Positions 60,860-64,000 of a stretch of 64,000 nucleotides of DNA are shown here, piece by piece. The notes under the pieces are model-generated. The model saw only the letters and a program-made list of their open reading frames with translations, was not told the origin of the DNA and made no database searches. Every line of letters starts with the position of its first letter. Position 1 is the stretch's first letter. The DNA lies in NCBI RefSeq assembly GCF_032191835.1, contig NC_083229.1, positions 35,960,001-36,024,000 of the forward strand, in the 5' to 3' direction. The DNA comes from Heteronotia binoei (lineage: Eukaryota). The translations under genes were made by a program, and so were the position numbers.

Positions 60860-61255
60860 AGCAGTCTATAGCAAAGTCCTCTACTCTTGTGAGGTAGTAG
60901 AAGGTATGAGGTTGCTGGGTGGATCTGGCTTGGATCCCGTAGAAGACGGTAGGTATCCCGGAAGAAGTTAGGACCCCACCTAGTTCAGCAAGGCCTGTAA
61001 GACAACAATATTCCGGCTGGCCTTTAGTCTGGAATAACTGATATGGGAGTAGGGAATGACATCTTATATAATGAATGCCATCTGAAACGTAATATTGTAA
61101 TATTGTCAACTGATATCAGCACCAGACTGTTTTAACTGTTTATTTTCATGTATAATGCAATGTATGTGAACTGTTCTGATTTTACTGGTTATGAGCCGCC
61201 CTGAGCCTGCTTCAGTGGGGAGGGCAGGATATAAATCTAATAAACTTAAACTTAA
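60860..61255 (+). mobile_element. Old L2 3' fragment
   Basis: Degraded C-terminal motif near 60960-61025; 3' stem-loop gagccgccctgagcc...gggcagg and an (AAACTT)n-like tail. Confidence 0.75.
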
Positions 61256-62034
61256 ACGTAGAGGCAGAGACTACTCCATCCTCTCTGTTGGTGCTCTGGC
61301 TAGGCCTGGGCTAGGCACTAGGCTCAGACAGAAAGTTGGTGCTGATGCTGGGGTTGCCAGTTCTGTGTTAAAAAATACCAGAAGTCTTTGGGGGGTGGAT
61401 CCAGGAAAGTTCTGGATTTGGGGAGGGGAGGGGCTTCAGCATGGTACAATACCATAGAGTCCATCCTTCAAAGCAGCCATTTTCTCCAGGGGAGAAAATA
61501 AGAAAGAGGTTCTGGCCAGATTACTTTTCAAAAGTGAACAAACTTTGATGCAGTGATTTCAATTCTATCTGAATTGTAAAAATACATTAAAACTGGGAAG
61601 ATCTGATTATTTTAACAGAAAGGCACATTAAGTGTTTAAACTGTGCTGCTGAATCATGTTTAGCCAGAATCACATCTTACTAATTTGTTTTAGAATCTCA
61701 TTCAGCTATTTGCAAAGGTAAAGTGATTTACATAAAGCCACTGTCAGCATTATACTATAAACTTCAGAAACTCAAGATGCCTCATCAAGTCTTACTTTGT
61801 AAAAACAATTGGGGGGTGCCAGGAAAGGTGCTAGTAGACATCACACTGGGAACTCCTGTTCTACAGCATCATTTGGACAAAGATACAAAGCTAGTTGTCA
61901 TTAGCATCCAAAACTTCTAATTATTTCTCCCAAGGGTTTCACAAAGGATGGAGGGCAAGACTGAGACCTGTGGAACCCTGCAGGACCTTCTCCAATTACA
62001 AACCTCTGAAACTGGTCCATAAGGAATGACTTAA

Positions 62035-62110
62035 ACCAGAGGTATCAAACATACGGTCCACAGGCCAGAAGTGGCCCACACAGGGCTCTAATCCGGCCCG
62101 CAAGCAGTTT
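62035..62110 (+). mobile_element. hAT MITE 5' terminus
   Basis: cagaggtatcaaacatacggtccacaggccagaagtggccc...atccggcccg resembles CAGGGGTGTCAAAC-type hAT ends. Confidence 0.5.
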
Positions 62111-62629
62111 ACCAAGATGAGCCCCATTTGCAGTCCTGCCTGGGTGGGGGTTGAGGAGCCTGAGCGAAGTGGCATGCAGTACCATCAGGTGATTCAGCAG
62201 TCAGGATCACTATGCAGGCTCCTCCCCCCATTACTGCTTCTCATGGGGACTTTGCTGGGCTGTGGAGGCTTGCATCACCTCCTAAGGACTGGACATAACC
62301 AGCTGGTTACTTCTCTTTAGCATAACTTGAAAAAGTTGGTTATTCATGTATCATCACATATGTGTGGATTGTATGTATTTTCTGTATCATTCTTAATGTG
62401 TTACTATTCTCTGTAAGCTGTTTATGTTGATAATAAAAGTTTTATTCTTTAAAAAAAATCGACTGAACATGTCTGCATTGACATCCCACAGTGGGGGGAA
62501 GCCTGATGGAAAGTGAGGTAGCCAGTAATACCATGCATCCCCTGATCTCGTGGGCCTCATTTATCCAGAAACTGCCAACTTTCTTCAAGGGAGATGCTGG
62601 GAGGTGAGATGTGACAGCTGAGACTGCTA

Positions 62630-63091
62630 GGTGGACTGGCTCCTCTATTTTTTGTTTGAGCTGACCACAAGCTGTGGCACAGCAGCAGGATGTTGTTAAC
62701 AGTAGGGGTGGACTGACTCCTCTATTTTTTGTGTGAGCTGACCACAAGCTGTGGCACAGCAGCAGGATGTTGTTAACAGTAGGGGTGGACTGACTCCTCT
62801 ACTTTTTGTGTAAGCTGACCACAAGCTGGGGCACAGCAGCAGGATGTTGTTAACAGTAGGGGTGGACTGACTCCTCTATTTTTTGTGTAAGCTGACCACA
62901 AGCTGGGGCACAGCAGCAGGATGTTGTTAACAGTAGGGGTGGACTGACTCCTCTATTTTTTGTGTAAGCTGACCACAAGCTGGGGCACAGCAGCAGGATG
63001 TTGTTAACAGTAGGGGTGGACTGACTCCTCTATTTTTTGTGTAAGCTGACCACAAGCTGGGGCACAGCAGCAGGATGTTGTTAACGGTAGG
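62630..63091. repeat. Minisatellite, 6 x 77 bp
   Basis: Units start at 62630, 62707, 62784, 62861, 62938 and 63015 (ggtggactgactcctctatt...gttaacagtaggg); no variable spacers. Confidence 0.97.
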
Positions 63092-64000
63092 GGAGAGGGA
63101 TTGAAAGGGAGCTGAGAGAGCTGGAGTTGAGAGAGTTGGAAAGGTGATGCCACAGCTGTAGCCAGTGGCAGGGGGCACAGCAGGAGGCACCCCCTATCCC
63201 AGCACCCTCCCACACACGCACACACACAAAGAAGAGCAGTGCACCTTATGCCGGAACAGAGACAAAAGATCATCTCAAGAGAAACTCCGGAGTTTCTCTT
63301 TAATTTCAAGCACATACAGCTGCATGTTTGCAACCTTCCAGAAAAGAAAGCTGATAGGGAAAGTCAAGAGGGAGCAGAGAAAGGCACTAAATTCCAGCTA
63401 GGCAAGAGACTGGCCACTTCCTTTCCTTCCCCGTGGCATTGTACAAACAGAAGTTGTAAAAATAGTGCATCATCCACCTCCCTGGCCCCCAGCTGCTGTT
63501 CTGTTCTTTGCTCCAGCTCCCCCAACAGTCAGCAGCAAGCTCAGGAAAGGAGAAGCCTGGTCCAGAAGCTGCTTTTCACTTGGATCCTTTTATTTCCAAG
63601 CTGAAATTGACATCCATTCTTGGAGCAAAGGCACAGCCTTTGTCTACATCAAAACAAAGATGGACGTCACCAGTGCAGTCTCCATCCCACAGGCTGGTCT
63701 GTGTTGAAGTGAGTGACTCAGCATGCCTGAAGACTGGGGGGGGGGGGGGGACTACATCACTCTAAGTGTGTACTGGTGTTAACAACTTGAATGGGATGCC
63801 TCAATTTTAATCTGGGACCTGCCCTCTGACCCCTCCTCCCTCACTCTCTCATTTTATCCTCTCACTTTTTCTGCCCATGGCCTTCAATGAGACACGTCTC
63901 TGCAGGTCATTCCCATAGATACAATGCCCTCATATACCCACAGACAGGATGGCAATTTGTGACAGGAAAGTACTCTTTAGATTAGGCTTCTTTCTACCCA

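Noticed and set aside
62630-63091. Regular direct repeats resembling a CRISPR array, and the ORFs 62442-63333 built from them
   Set aside because: The units are contiguous with no unique spacers, the context is eukaryotic and there are no cas genes; the ORFs are repeat read-through.

Overview
Vertebrate, repeat-rich genomic DNA; the repeat families suggest a squamate, probably a gecko (inference). The window is internal to RIMS2 (RIM2, presynaptic active-zone scaffold) on the minus strand. I traced nine coding exons with GT-AG boundaries and mutually consistent phases. In transcript order they are: two mutually exclusive exons (37725-37789, 37402-37610), three PDZ-region exons (35847-35966, 32923-33022, 30706-30829), two linker exons (28154-28200, 25993-26105), a 48-nt alternative microexon (14940-14987) and the first C2A exon (12147-12277). 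Neither end of the gene is in the window. The introns hold several L2 LINEs (one near-intact), a near full-length CR1, a long L1 with a second L1 inserted antisense inside it, DIRS, Gypsy and hAT-transposase fossils, hAT and Harbinger MITEs with intact TSDs, Penelope termini and a 6x77-bp minisatellite. The main second-look items are: (1) a covarying 12-13 bp RNA stem inside the end of L2 ORF2, at which one insertion has folded back on itself; (2) a single Rbfox motif between the mutually exclusive exons, one of which carries a DSGxxT degron-like motif; (3) candidate unannotated RIMS2 exons; (4) a minimal hammerhead-ribozyme motif in a Penelope terminus; (5) nested TE insertions with readable TSDs. 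All identifications come from reading and recalled family motifs; no database search was run.
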